Assembly: GCA_002633005.1 (NCBI GenBank) | Contig: NMRA01000117.1 | Coordinates: 727,894 to 791,893, forward strand | Reading direction: 5' to 3' | DNA length: 64,000 nt | Source of the DNA: Phoronis australis | Taxonomy: Eukaryota > Animalia > Phoronida | Shown here: in pieces, positions 25,048 to 38,001 of the stretch | Position numbering within the stretch: the stretch's first letter is position 1 | Layout of the letters: every line of letters starts with the position of its first letter | Translations under genes and position numbers: made by a program | The notes under the pieces: generated by a model | What the model saw: only the letters and a program-made list of their open reading frames with translations | Database searches by the model: none | What the model was told of the DNA's origin: nothing

Positions 25048-28000
25048 TTAGTTTGGTGGTGGAGGTGGAGGCCTTGATCCCAGTATATTAACAATGACAT
25101 CAAACTGGGATGGTGGCGGTGGAGGCGGAGCTACACCGAAGCTTGATGGTGGTGGAGGAGGCGGAGCCACAGGATTGGGCGGAGGGGGGGCATGGTGTTG
25201 TTGCCATGGTGGCAGGCTGCTTGGTGGCGGAGGCGGAGCTATCTGCCAAGGAGGCGGAATACTGCTTGGCAGGGACGTTGGTGGTGGCTCTGAAAAAAAA
25301 AGAGTGCAGGTGGTAAATAATAACACCTAAGCAATAACAGAATACAAACTCAATAATACAGCTTTTATGAAGTGTCTAAGAACACTACACTTGCATTGAA
25401 GTGAAAACAACCCTTGGAATATATTGCCAGACTGTAATAACAAAACCTGGCAAATGTGTGTTTGTGTGCGCGTGCATGNGAGTGAGTGAGCGAGCGAGCG
25501 AGCGAGCGAGCGTGTGTGTGTGTGTGTGTGTGTGTGTTCAGAATTACACGTCTTTAAACATTTGTTAGTTGCAGAGAACACCTTAATCAACAAAGGTATT
25601 TACTGTCACACTTCAGCAACATTTGACAAATAAACCAAACACTTACGTTGCCATGGAAACTGCTGTGACGACTGAGACGAGGGAGGTGGAGGAGGTGGTG
25701 CTGACAACAGTGATCGGGGTGGAACACCTGAAATGAAACAATTTTCAGTTGACGACAAAAAATGCGACAATAACGTGACTACTACATGTTAGAATCAATG
25801 GGACCCAAACTGCCATACTTCAAAGCTATTGCTTCTTCCAGCAACTTAAATTGGCTGTAAACCTGCCACTATATCATAATTTAGACTACTTGCCGCTATG
25901 TAATTGGTTTCAAATTGTTCCTCAGCCAATTGCAACTTAATTTCAGGGCTTTGAAATAACTGACAGTTTGTTAATATTGCTCGAGACTAGCCTCTTCAAG
26001 ATAACTAGTCATAGTGTGTCATTTCATGCACAGAGCAGTCTACGTAACTGACAGTTTGTTAATATTGCTCGAGACTAGCCTCTTCAAGATAACTAGTCAC
26101 AGCGTGTCATTTCATGCACAGAGCACAGTCTCCAGGAAAAAAAGAACCACGAGCATTTTGAAAACTCAGATATCACTTCCTACCCGCCTCAGTAAAGAAC
26201 AAGTTGAGACTAATTTTATATCTGCAAGTGTTCTGATTCAAAAGTTCGTTACCTATACAGAACGTGGGTTTATAGAAGAGCTGAGATTAATTCATGCCTA
26301 AAAACTTAGATTTTGATTTTTCTAGGATACAAACTGTTTTAAATGCAAGTAGACAAAATTAAATATGATCTAAACGCAATTAACTGCATTAAATGTAATA
26401 GAAACAGACAAGACTAAATTCAACATCATCTATACAGTCAGACACTGTGCCCACTAGTTACAACGTCTCCACAAAACCCTATGCACACGTGCACATTGCA
26501 TGCAATGTCTTTATAATCCTAACTTAATACGATTACAGCTGCCTACGAGCTACATCGCCATCGGTTCGCTTGTTCAGACAATTACCAGCAATGTGTGAGG
26601 AAAATGTCCCAGCCTTTAAGTGGGTAATTATAGTTTTGTGCCAAAAAACATTGTAACTTACCCATACTACCTGAAGACTGTGATGTGTTGGGTGGTCCAG
26701 AATTGGTTTGCCAAGGAGGCATAACAGGAGGAGGCAACGATGTGGGAGGGATTAGAGGCGGGGGCTGTGATGTGGTGGGAGGAGTAAAGGATGATGACGT
26801 GTTCAATGACAGCAAAGAAGGCGGAGTCTGTTGAGGTGGTGGCTGGTCCCAAAGACTTCTTGGGGGAGGCTGGAACAAAATAAGATATAATTTGGCTGTC
26901 ATTAAATGTTTTCAGATGCTCCTTATCCTAATCATCACTCCTTTGAGATGGGTAGACCAGCCATATTTTATTTTTGTTGCATTTTGACTTGGGCCTTACC
27001 AGTTGCATTATACTATACAAGTAACAAACAACCAATCTCCACTAGTTACACTCCAATACAAAAATGGCATCACAATACAGGCACTTCCTGTAACAGAATC
27101 AATAGTAAACAAGAGCAACACGTACACCACAACAGATGACTATTGTTCCAAACATTCCCACTGTAAGCAATGCAAGTACACTTAAAATAGCCTGTAAGAG
27201 GCGCAAAGTGAACCAGTGATGCTCTCCTCAATAGAAAAACACATGTCACCTCTAATCATTGCCAAAAAGAACATTCTGTTTCAATATACATCGGAACTCA
27301 CCAGTGGTGTTGCGTTTGCTTGGGTGAGAGGAGGGGGATGACCACGTCCGAAAGCAGGTGGTGGCTGATCATTGAACCGTGACTGTCTGAATGGGAGCCT
27401 ATTTTGTGTTGGGGGATTACTGAATCCACTTGACGTCTTGGTTGGAGGTGGAGGGCCTTCACCAAGTTCAGCCATCAACGACATGTACTGAAAGAAAGAC
27501 AAATCATCTATGGAACCAAAAACATGACACACAGAAGCCATGAATGCAGGCACTTGTCCTTCAAAGATACCTTTCTCAAAAAACTACTGGTCTTGGACAA
27601 TGGGACAATAACATGAAAATAGTTGACTCTGGCTGGTGATTCCCGTCTCTAGTAAATCAAGCAAGAGTTAAGCTAGGAAATAGGTATATAAATTGAAATA
27701 TACAGACTGGCTTTGTAATCTGTTGTAACTTATAGTGATCAGAAACTGAAAACAGAAGTTAAAAAATTTACACATTATATAGGTAGCCATTACGAGGATC
27801 GCTAAAGCCTGGGATCGCAACCACCAAACTATTTCCCAGACTCAACTAGAAAACCGACCAATCACATAACACATTTTGACTGAATTTCCAACTTCAAGTG
27901 ATGGGATTGGACAATTTTCGAGTTGAACTTAAGAAAAGTTTGGTGGACGCGAGCCCAGAGGAAAACTGGGCGAGTGCTGCTTCTCACTTCACTATCCATC

Positions 28001-31000
28001 TTGGCCTTGTCAACTGTTGAGGCAGGCGCAGCCTGCCCAGTCTGTTGCTGCATTTGGCGGAACGTGTCCCCCGGCCGCTTCTCCCGGCAGTCCTTGCTCA
28101 AGTGACCGGCGCCACCGCAGATGGTGCAGATGATTTGGTTGGTCACAATCTCTTGGGCCTCCTGAAGTTGCTTCAGTTTGCTGCACAGAAATAATGAGTG
28201 TTGGACCAGTTAACAATATGCTAACCTAAAACAACTATGGAAATCCCCTTACTGGTTACAACATTATACATAATCTTTTTAGTGCTCTCACCTTGTCCAT
28301 AACTTAACATCATTTTCCCCTCAACGCAATTACAGTAATAACTCTTGACACAACTTTCAAGAAAGTATGCAGTGTAACGGGTCTCAATTTCCACACTCAA
28401 AAAAGGCTGAGCACACGATTCAATTTGCAGAAGTAAGATCTCTTGAATAATTTAATGCAAAACAGAATTTTTGAATGCACAGCAAACAGATGTTTTGGAC
28501 AACAAACTTAACACTATAAACAAGATGGCGTGTGACACTCTCCATGTCGACATGCAACTACATACGCCAGTCCGTCACTCTCTCGCAGTGTGCCGTTGAG
28601 CAAGGCCAGCTGTCGCAGCTGTTTCCTTCGAAGATCGTTCTCTCCTTCGGGGACTTGAATGCCCTGTTCAATGATCTCACGAATCTGCAATCAAACAGTG
28701 GCAATCTCAGACAGAAGCCCCTTCACAATTTGTTCTCTTCAAACTGTCCAAAAGTGATGGATAACTTGATAAATGCGTAAAAAATAAACAAGCTCATTTT
28801 AAGATAGGTAGCTGTGTCCTGTACTAAAAATGTCTAATTTTTAACGTCACTCCCAAGGAGCTGTGATGACAGAGTCTTAAGGACAAAATCTTGTGGACAA
28901 CGTGTTGCCAGGACTTGTAATCAAACACACACTTTGCTGAGTGGCAATGTAAATCTCAGTACCATTATTACCCAACCATGGTCATACCTGATCAAAACTT
29001 GAAACCTGGTTACAAAATCTTGTGGACAACGTGTTGCCAGGACTTGTAATCAAACACACACTTTGCTGAGTGGCAATGTAAATCTCAGTACCATTATTAC
29101 CCAACCATGGTCATACCTGATCAAAACTTGAAACCTGGTTACAAAAAACTATAATGCAACATAAAGGTACAACATAATAACGTGATAACTAGTTAGCCCA
29201 CCTTGGCAGCAGCCAACTTGACGTTATCTGGGTTATTTGCCGTGATGTAAGCGTGTAAAGGCTCATCCTCGCCGGGAAGCGGTTGGCCCGCCTTGCGACC
29301 TATCTTGCCCTCCTTTACGGAACCTCGCCCACGAATAATGACTTTGGCACCAGTCTAAACACGACGAATACATCAGTGGGTTAGATAGCATCTGCTCACA
29401 TCTCAAGTACTCAGTACTCAACAATGTAGAAATCAAACAACTGTTAACAAATCAGCTGAAAGGGAAAATTACCCAACGCACAGGCAAAGTGGCAATTCTG
29501 TTCATTGACTCAGAAGCCATTTCCCAGAGAACCAAATGCCAGCTACATTTCTATGGTCATGCTAACACCAGAACATTTCTCAAAGAAATTACGCTAATTC
29601 TTTACTTATTCAGCACAAAATATCGCAAACTCATAGAATTTCATTTTGCCAACTTTCTCGAACAGAGAAGAAAACTCTTCATTGAAGTTCAACTGTTTAT
29701 GGCAAAGTCTCAGAAAAATGGAATTGTACCCTTTTGTGCAAAGAAACCGAATAATTACTGTAATGCCATTTTGCAACCTGGGAATGTTTTCAGACTTACT
29801 TCTTTCTCCAAGTCCTTTAGGGTGTTTCCTCTGGGTCCGATGAGTAGTCCAACAAAGTTGATATCTGGATGTTCTTCTTGAGGAATCATCACTTTGTCGT
29901 TCACACGCACCATGGGTGGCCTGGGCAATTAAAATAGACAACTGTTGCAGTTACGACTGACTACAGGAAGTAAGGAGAAAAACACCACTGGAGAGAACAG
30001 TGAAAGGAAAGAGTGCAGGTTGGCAATCACATCATTCAGGGTAAGTGAAATGTATTATGAATAACAAAAAAAACAACATAGGACAAATTTCAGACCAATC
30101 AGGAAACAGGAAATAAACCAACCAGCAAGCAATTATGTCCACAGCTGGATCGGTTAATGAACTCGAAACTTCTCTCAACAATGAGCTAGCCATTATCCAT
30201 GACTGGCTGATTCAAAATAAACTCACTCTTAACGTTAGTAAAACCAAGTCGATGCTGTTTGGAACCCACCAGAAATTAAAGCAACAAAAACTATCCCTTT
30301 CTATCAACGGTTCTCCCATCGAGAATGTTGACAAGTTTAAAGTACTTGGGCCTTATTTTAGATCCCAATCTTAAATTTAATATGCACATAGATCATATCA
30401 CAAAGAAATTATCAAAGAAAATCGGTGTACTTAAACGTCTAGGCAAATTTCTTAATGTCCGTACCCTTAAGACCCTTTACCATTGTATTATTCAGCCTCA
30501 TATTGATTATTGTTTACCGGTTTGGGGGCACACTAGTGACACACTTGTAAACAAAGTCCAAGTAATCCAAAATAGAGCCGCCAGGGCTATCCTGGGTACT
30601 AAAATTAGGGACACTAGGGTTGACGACTTGTACTCCAAGCTGGGATTTATGAAAGTAAGACAAAGAAATAAATATCTCTCTGCCTGTTGTATATACAGAT
30701 GTATCAATGGCTTGGCTCCAGCATATCTCAGCAGTAAATTCAATAGCAGTCAGGCTGTTTATTCTACACGTTCTTCTGTTGCTGGCAATGTTTCTTCTAA
30801 AAAAATTAAAACCGAGACTGGCAAGAGATCTTTTATCTATGCAGCTGCTATAATATGGAATTCTTTTAGCCCAGAAATTAAACGGTCCAACTCAATTACT
30901 ACCTTTAAAGTTAATGTTAAAAAGTGGCTGTAATTTACTTAACCTTTTATACCCTGCCTATCTTAATCATGTCATTTTTTCATTGTCGTAAATACTCTCA

Positions 31001-34000
31001 TTGTCTAGAGTCATCTCTTAATTTATTTCATCTGTCTTAGTTAATTTTTTACCATTATTTGTCATTTAGTTATTGTCTTAATTCTCAACCTTAACTGTTT
31101 TAATTGTATCTTTGTTACGTATATTTCATTGTTGTTTTATTACTTCATTGTATTATATTACTGTTTTTCTTGTTGAGGGCCCTCTTGGAAAGCAGTGCTA
31201 TCACTGAAGAGGCCACCCTCATTTTAAATATCACAATAAAAAAAAAATAAAAAAAGCTTCGGCACATGACTTTTCCTTCCGTATAAATATAAACTGGACA
31301 TCAGTAGCAAATAGTCTTTAGATATCAACAGTCTCAACATGACTCGGTCATGCCATCAGCATACAGCAACACACTGACCCAGTATGATAATGATAACCAT
31401 ATTCACTGTTTTGTCTTACAGTTTTAAAAGTCTTACACACTTAAAGGTAAAAAGGAAAATAGGAGGTTGTTTGAATACTGCTTAAATAGCAACAAAACAT
31501 GTGTACAAGTGGTGACCAAAGAAACAAATAATTTGTGGCTTTTCTTAAAGGGCAATGTTATCTTATTGAAGGTCGTTTTAGTCATGTTAAACATTTTACA
31601 CACTATAAAGGTATTTTTACTATTTAGTCGCTTTCTATTATAACGAAATAAAGAGCAGTTTCTTAAACCAGGAGTGTGCTGCAGTGCACACATTGCGGAA
31701 ACGTCATTTGGTCTAACTAAGATGTGTTCCCTTGCTTTTCAGTTGCTTTAACTACGCTCAAGGGCCATGACCCCAACAGATCAGTCCAAATGACATGACA
31801 ATTGACCTATTGCCAGGATTTTGAGTGACGGCTGAACTGACCATTTAAAATGCAGCATTATTGACACACCTTCGTTTCCAAGCCGCCATTTTACCCAACA
31901 AACAACACGTTGCCGGGTAAAACTTATTGTTTGTTAGTAGACATTATGCAAGGAGGCGGAGCTTGCGATAGGTCAATTAGTCTTTAACTTAAGCAGTGAT
32001 GAGGGAACAGGTAATAAAGGTAGTACAACAATGATTCAACTTGTCAGACACACAACATTTGGATTACACGACTCGCTTGGGGCATCTCAATTTAGGAGTG
32101 TTCTGGAGACCTAGTTTCCTACGACGAAAGCAAGATATCACAAAATCGTACATTTCGAGAGTATGGATGGGAGTTAACTAGCCTATCATAGCAAAATTGT
32201 GCCCACTGAAACGATTGGTCAGAAAGGTTGCAGAGTTGAATTCTGGGATTTAATGCACCGTTTCTGTTACATAAACAAAGCTTATTTCTTGCAGCCCTGG
32301 TTTGAAGGATTGCTAACATCAATTCGATAGATAAAAAAAGACTAAAACGATTGAAAATAACCACTAGAATGAAGGATGCCAAATAAACCTTCAAAAAAGG
32401 TAGCAATTACATCCAACTACGCAGTGGAAATTTGTCTAGGTTCCTCAAAGTTATGGCGTCCAACTTTGCAATGGAATTTTGCGGATTTATGATGCGAGAG
32501 AGATTTTGCCAACCTTTCTGATAACTACTGATAATCCATGGTTAAGGATTCGACATACTTGTAATCAGCGGGAGGCTTGTAGTCTTCGTTAAGCTGCAGG
32601 GCCTTGGTGACCAGTTCATGCCTTTCCTCCTCCAGACGTTTCCTAGTGCGGTACTCGCGGGTGTTCAGTCTCTTCCCTTCATTGTTGTAGATGGGCTCGG
32701 GTGAAGGCGATCTGGAAAGAGACCTGGCGGCATAAATGACAGATTTCAGAATACTCAACCGTCGTGCATAGTCCAAGGAGGAACGAGTATAAATCAACCC
32801 AACATTGGACTATATGACTCTCGGTTGAAACTGGTGTAGGTAACTATTTGTTTTCCACTGCACAGGTTTACGTTAAACACAGTTTGCAACAGATATCTTT
32901 TCAGTTAGAGCAAACATGTTGGGGTTTTCTGGTTAAAGTGAGATTGTGCAACACAGGCTTACAAAGTGACTAGTATGCTGGGAAATACAACTATTTCAAA
33001 ACCCAGACTGGTTTTGTTTTGCTTTCATCTCGAGTTGGTCAGAGGAAACGATTCAAGTCCTGAGACGAGGAGTCATGAAGCTCGGGTGGCACTGTTAGCG
33101 TGTTAAAACTACAAACTTGTCTAGTTTTTGGACTCCAAAAGCATCTGTAGTCTTTTTAACATGTGACGTTTCTATCCAGAAGACTTCTGACCACTTACAC
33201 CCGTGGAATGTTTTTTTGTAAGCACACTAAATAAAAGACAAGACTAAACTGAGCTGGCTAAAGAACAAGCTGCAAACCACGTTTAAGATGGAAAACATGT
33301 GCTTTAACCGGCGACCCACACGTCCGCGGACAACAAACCTTCGACTCTTACTACAGGTGTCGTCTGGTATCTAACCTATGGCGATCTGGAAGTTTTTAAA
33401 TTTGGATTAGGGTTACTTGTGAAAGGAAAAAGTGGTTTACAAAAAAGCATCACGTTCCTGCAATGAATTGATTAGATTATCGATTTTTGCTGGAAGGAAC
33501 ATTGAATTAGCCACACGACATTACCCTAAGCTACAAAATATTACGATCGTTACTTTATCGCCCCCAATCACATCCCCAGACTACATACCATACTCGAGCT
33601 AAAAACACTTTTGATTGACTAAAAAGCAACGACACTTTAGTAGAGCACAATTTTCAACTCAAACAAAACTATAGCACAGTGTTCAGAGACGTGAATGGTT
33701 TAAGTAATGATAGACGAACGTGCTATCCTGGAAAATTAGGTTAAGATGAAAACACATAAAATGACTGTACACATTACCTGGAAGGTGATAATGCAAGGCT
33801 GGTGTAAGTAAATAACAAATTACTGATCACCACAGCAGAAGAGATGAACAACATGACAAGACCCACTGACAAAACTGAGTTGTCCGACCAGCAACAATGG
33901 AATACTTTTCGTTAATAAAAATGCTGATTGCCATCGCCGAAAATAATTTTGTACATGCAAGCACCCATTGTGAAATTGTAAGCAAAGCAAGATTATGATT

Positions 34001-37000
34001 AAGATTCCTCAAGCAATCGGAGTTGAATTATGACAGACAGAAGGAAGTCGTCAAATTACAAAATTTGAGAGAAAGCAAGCATACTCTTGAGATGAGCTGG
34101 ACTTGCGTGGAGTACTTGAGCAACTACCGTGGTCTACCCAAACTTATTGGCACTAAGCCAACATTAGATTGCATTTAAAAGTTCAAATGACTCGTTTAGG
34201 ATAAACATAGGAGCCGGGCTAGCACTTTGATAAAAACATAAAATACACTGTTCTGCCAAGCAGGGTGCAGTTGGGTACATGTCAAAGCTCAGAACTAGCT
34301 TCGACTATCTGCGAAAGCATTGTGTGTAAGAATGGCTCGTGAAAGAAATAAGAAGTTGAAACTTGGAGAATTTATGCAACAAACCAACACATCTCTTCAA
34401 GTGTTGTTTCGAAGGACACTTCCATGCATTCTCTCGTATGTCCTCGCTGACAAGTTTCTTAAATCCCCGCGTCCAAATCTCATAGATATGACTTTCAAAA
34501 TGGAGACTTTTGAGACTTAACTGACGGAACATTCATTGAGAGATGTTAACACCCTAGCTAGGTCATTAACAAAATTCTTCATTTTGCATAGTGTACGAAT
34601 GAGGTTTGAACTTGCGCACATAACAAATACTTCCCATGGGAAATTTGAGGCTACAAAAATACACAAAGTGCTAGCGATGCATTCCCACCTGTAAACCATG
34701 CAGCGTCATGGCTAGTCAGCTCTAAATGAAGCCTGTGAATGGTGGAAGCATTCTTGAAACGTGATTTCCTTCTACAATTTCATTTCTGTACACAAATTAC
34801 TGGTTTTGATCAATGCTGGATTTATTGAAAAGATGACACAGGACATGAATGAAAAAAAAAAATGATAACAGAAAAGGAAGATAGCGCAAGGAAAGGAATA
34901 CCACGTGCTAATTAGTAATTCATCAGTTACTCAAGAAATCTAACGTATTATTTATCCAAAGCAATTTGAATACTTTGGCTTCCTTTTACACCACACAGAT
35001 CAGCTTAGATTGGCCCTTGCATTATCACCATATGTGATGTGGCTTGTCGCTGCCCGTAGGATAAATGAATAAGTCATTGGTACGGTGTAGACTTGCAAAC
35101 CTTTCTTCTGGGTTTGAAGGAATCCCGAGGTCACCTGAACGCAGCCGTCGACTAACTTCTTCAATCTGTAGGTGGACTGTGGGCATTAGGGTTAAAAGGG
35201 AAACAGAGTCCTGTTAATACATGTGACACAACACGACAATAGCATGACATGGACAAAATCAAATGGACAAGACAATCTTAACTGTTTCTCAAAGTTTATA
35301 TTCCAAATTCATTGTTGGATTGCTGGAATGGTACAGCATGTACTTCCACTGGTATTAATCTTTTTCACAAAGAATCAGATCCTTTTCATGTCTAAGAACA
35401 TTTTCGCAGACACGGAACGAGTCGATTTGGCTGAATTTGGAATATCACTTTAATCATAATTTTCAGAAATTTGAAATTTTTTAATTTGAAATGATGTTTC
35501 AAGCACCTGCTTTCGCTAGAAGACAATGTGCACCAAAGATGACTTTACCTTACCTGAAAATCTTAATAATCACCATTATGGAATACATCAAAAAACTGTG
35601 TCAATCAAAATTTAATCACAGGTCATCTAGCACACACATGCATAAAACGCATAACTGGCTTTCGCATAATCATGCAAACTGTTCGTTTATAACACATTAA
35701 CACAATTCACATTTCAAAACACAAGATCCTCATTTTATGCAATTACGCACCCATTTCCCGCAAATAGCAACAGTTGCTTAACAAAAGTTACAGATTAAAC
35801 AATAAAAGACACAAGTGGAAACAAATGAAGAAGACAATGGCTATAAATCTGACTTGGCACCAATTAGTAAAAATTCGTACACAATGCAATTAAATCTACT
35901 TATTAATTAAAATGTACAACAGTCAAGTCAAAATCGAATGTTGACTGATGAATTAGACTACAGTGAGAAGAAATTCTTAGCCACCTGAAAGGGCCCGTCT
36001 TGTTAGTATAGTTCATCAGTGTACATTTTAAAGCAATAACACAAAATATTTATCATCCTTGCAAAATGACAATAAAGAACAATTCACAATTATCTGTTGT
36101 CTTTACCTTGAAAAGTTAAGCTTTTGTACTTTTGGGAGGGAGAGGGGGGTTGGAAGAAAATACATCGTTTTGCGTACATCTTCAAATGGTGATAATTGTG
36201 AATAGTCCCTTAAGTCCTTTACATACTGACATACGAATTCCAAACAAAGGATTATTCACGACACTGCTGAAACATAGGTCCAGTCTAAGGAACTCCAAAT
36301 TACCTAAGTATTGGCTTTCTTGTTCAGAGGACAGTCCAGTGGGAATAACAGTCGGCATGCCCGGTATAAAAGTCTTTTCGGCCTCGTCCGACGCCCATCG
36401 ACTTTTCCTTTTCTTCTTCTTTTCAGCTGACTGCCACCCACCAACCTCTCCTACAACAGTCAGACAGGTTTACCCATCACAGAGTTCAGATCAAGTTGAG
36501 AAAATCACGCACACAGCATCACAAAAAACTCAGTTTATTACTCCATTGTCATACTTTTGACGACAAAATAATCACAGAGTTTCACTGGTTACAAATGAAT
36601 GTGTTCATTATGCAAAGTTTCCATCGACTGAGGTTTGATAACTCACAAGAGAAGTGATGGTATGTAATGTTTGTCAATGAGGGGCAAGAGCATGGGCTCG
36701 TCAACTTTTGGTATTAGTTTGTGGAATAGGAATAATGGGACGGGTGGTGGGAAGAGAAATTGCAATCAAAGGTGGACGGTTATTCATACTGGTTCTCTAA
36801 ATCAGGGACCACTACATCCCATGCCTTTTAGTATGGCCAGATAGCCAGGGATCCAGATCGGTGCTGAGGCGTGTTGAAACGTGGGAGGTCAGAACCGACG
36901 AGCTACAATGTTGGTTGGTCGCTGAAAGTTTCAGTGAATCTTCAAAGTGCAGAGGTTGAAGCAATATCAGTTATTTGACATATTTCTAGGAAATTTTCCA

Positions 37001-38001
37001 CAAATGTAATTAGGCCTACTAGAAGTAGGGCCTACTATACATGCTATATCTTGTCTTGTAATTCCCCGTGATTATTTGACGCAGCGCCATCTTGAGACAT
37101 ACTGATCTAAGGGTAGAAATCCACATAATTAAACGATCAGTTCTCAAGGAATGGTCGTATCACAGATGAAGAGAAAGAACATTGGAGTACTGTCCCGGGA
37201 CAATTATGACATAAAGCATAGAGGAGTTTGGAGCACACTCAGTTCACAGGTGTCCTCAGCTTCTGATCGTGCCCATTACACTATATATATACTACAAGTT
37301 ATGACACCAGGGACAAGGAATTCCACAGGTGGTTCACTTCAACCGTCCATATCAAACACAAAATTCAATAAATTTACACGAAACAGGGGTTCAGCAAACC
37401 ACGAGCAATTGTTCTTTCTTCTCATAGCATTAACAGTGGCCTGCTCCAGCGAGTTCGCATCAAATTCGTGGTCAAAGCACAAAATTCTTCCCCAAAAGCC
37501 GCTGCGTACTGTCAGTGTGCCAGAGCGGAATTATCAGATGTGGAGTTATTGATGTCATGACCTTCCGTGACAAATCGGTAATTTCCGTTTCTCACACTGA
37601 CAGTACGCAGCAGCTTTTTCGGAAGATTTTGTGCTTTGACTGCGAATTTGTTGCAAACTCGCTGGAGCAGGACACCGTAAATGCTATCACTCAGACAAAA
37701 GAACAATTTGTTGAACCTGTCTAGTCTTGACGTTGCGCAAACTTATGAAGTTTTGAGATGGACGGTTGAAATGAAGCACCCATGGAATTCCTATTTCCGA
37801 GTGTCATACCTTGTAGTATACAAAGTGTATTGGATTGGAGACGATCAGAAGTTGAGGTCGCATATGCCTCAGTTACGATCCGGGTGACCGGGCACAATTC
37901 ACGGCATTAACATGGGCATGTATAACTGACATAGCACTTAAACATACAGTTTCGGACTTTTTTAAACTACCTGATCCATCCTCAGACCGTCTTTTTAACA
38001 T
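25048..38001 (-). CDS. SF1: Splicing factor 1 / branch-point binding protein (ULM, SPSP, KH-QUA2, Zn knuckle, Pro-rich tail), 12 coding exons
   Basis: Exons 38001-37971, 36450-36304, 35176-35101, 32711-32559, 29920-29800, 29354-29202, 28684-28566, 28180-27988, 27487-27302, 26869-26662, 25727-25647, 25289-25048; all GT-AG with compatible phases; motifs [78 protein letters not shown]. Exon 1 ([11 protein letters not shown]) is inferred from phase and donor only. Confidence 0.95.
28883..29146. repeat. 129-bp perfect tandem duplication in SF1 intron 6
   Basis: acaaaatcttgtggacaacgtg...aaacctggtt occurs at 28883 and 29012. Confidence 0.9.
30131..31256 (+). mobile_element. 5'-truncated LINE (L2/CR1 group, Crack/Daphne-like), antisense in SF1 intron 4
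   Basis: RT C-terminal motifs [47 protein letters not shown]; frameshift near 30340; AT-rich 3' UTR, terminal stem-loop gagggccctctt...aagaggccaccctc, AATAAA and A-tail. Confidence 0.9.
33339..33385 (-). other. SF1: Candidate poison (PTC) exon in SF1 intron 3
   Basis: Minus strand: branch-like taaccctaat, acceptor cttccag|ATCGCCATAG (in-frame R-S-P-stop), possible donor GAAG|GTTTGT at 33339. Confidence 0.4.
33778..33798 (-). CDS. SF1: Candidate in-frame 21-nt SF1 microexon (adds SLALSPS before RSPSPEP)
   Basis: Minus strand ttgttatttacttacaccag|CCTTGCATTATCACCTTCCAG|gtaatg; phase 2-2, no stop; complementary to a box near the exon 3 donor. Confidence 0.55.
34986..35029 (-). promoter_or_regulatory. 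Intronic complementary box pairing with the microexon acceptor region 33784-33807
   Basis: 35015-35029 (ccttgcattatcacc) is the exact reverse complement of 33784-33798; 34986-34993 (ttacacca) is the exact reverse complement of 33800-33807. Confidence 0.65.
37246..37866. mobile_element. Foldback (long palindromic) MITE-like element in SF1 intron 1
   Basis: Arms ~290 bp: cctcagcttctgatcgt ... acgatcagaagttgagg with complementarity continuing inward to a ~35-nt loop near 37540-37575. Confidence 0.8.

Noticed and set aside
37084-37095. AAGATGGCG (minus) as the SF1 start codon
   Set aside because: No suitable phase-1 donor follows; the 31-nt exon at 38001-37971 fits better; likely a YY1-like motif or chance.
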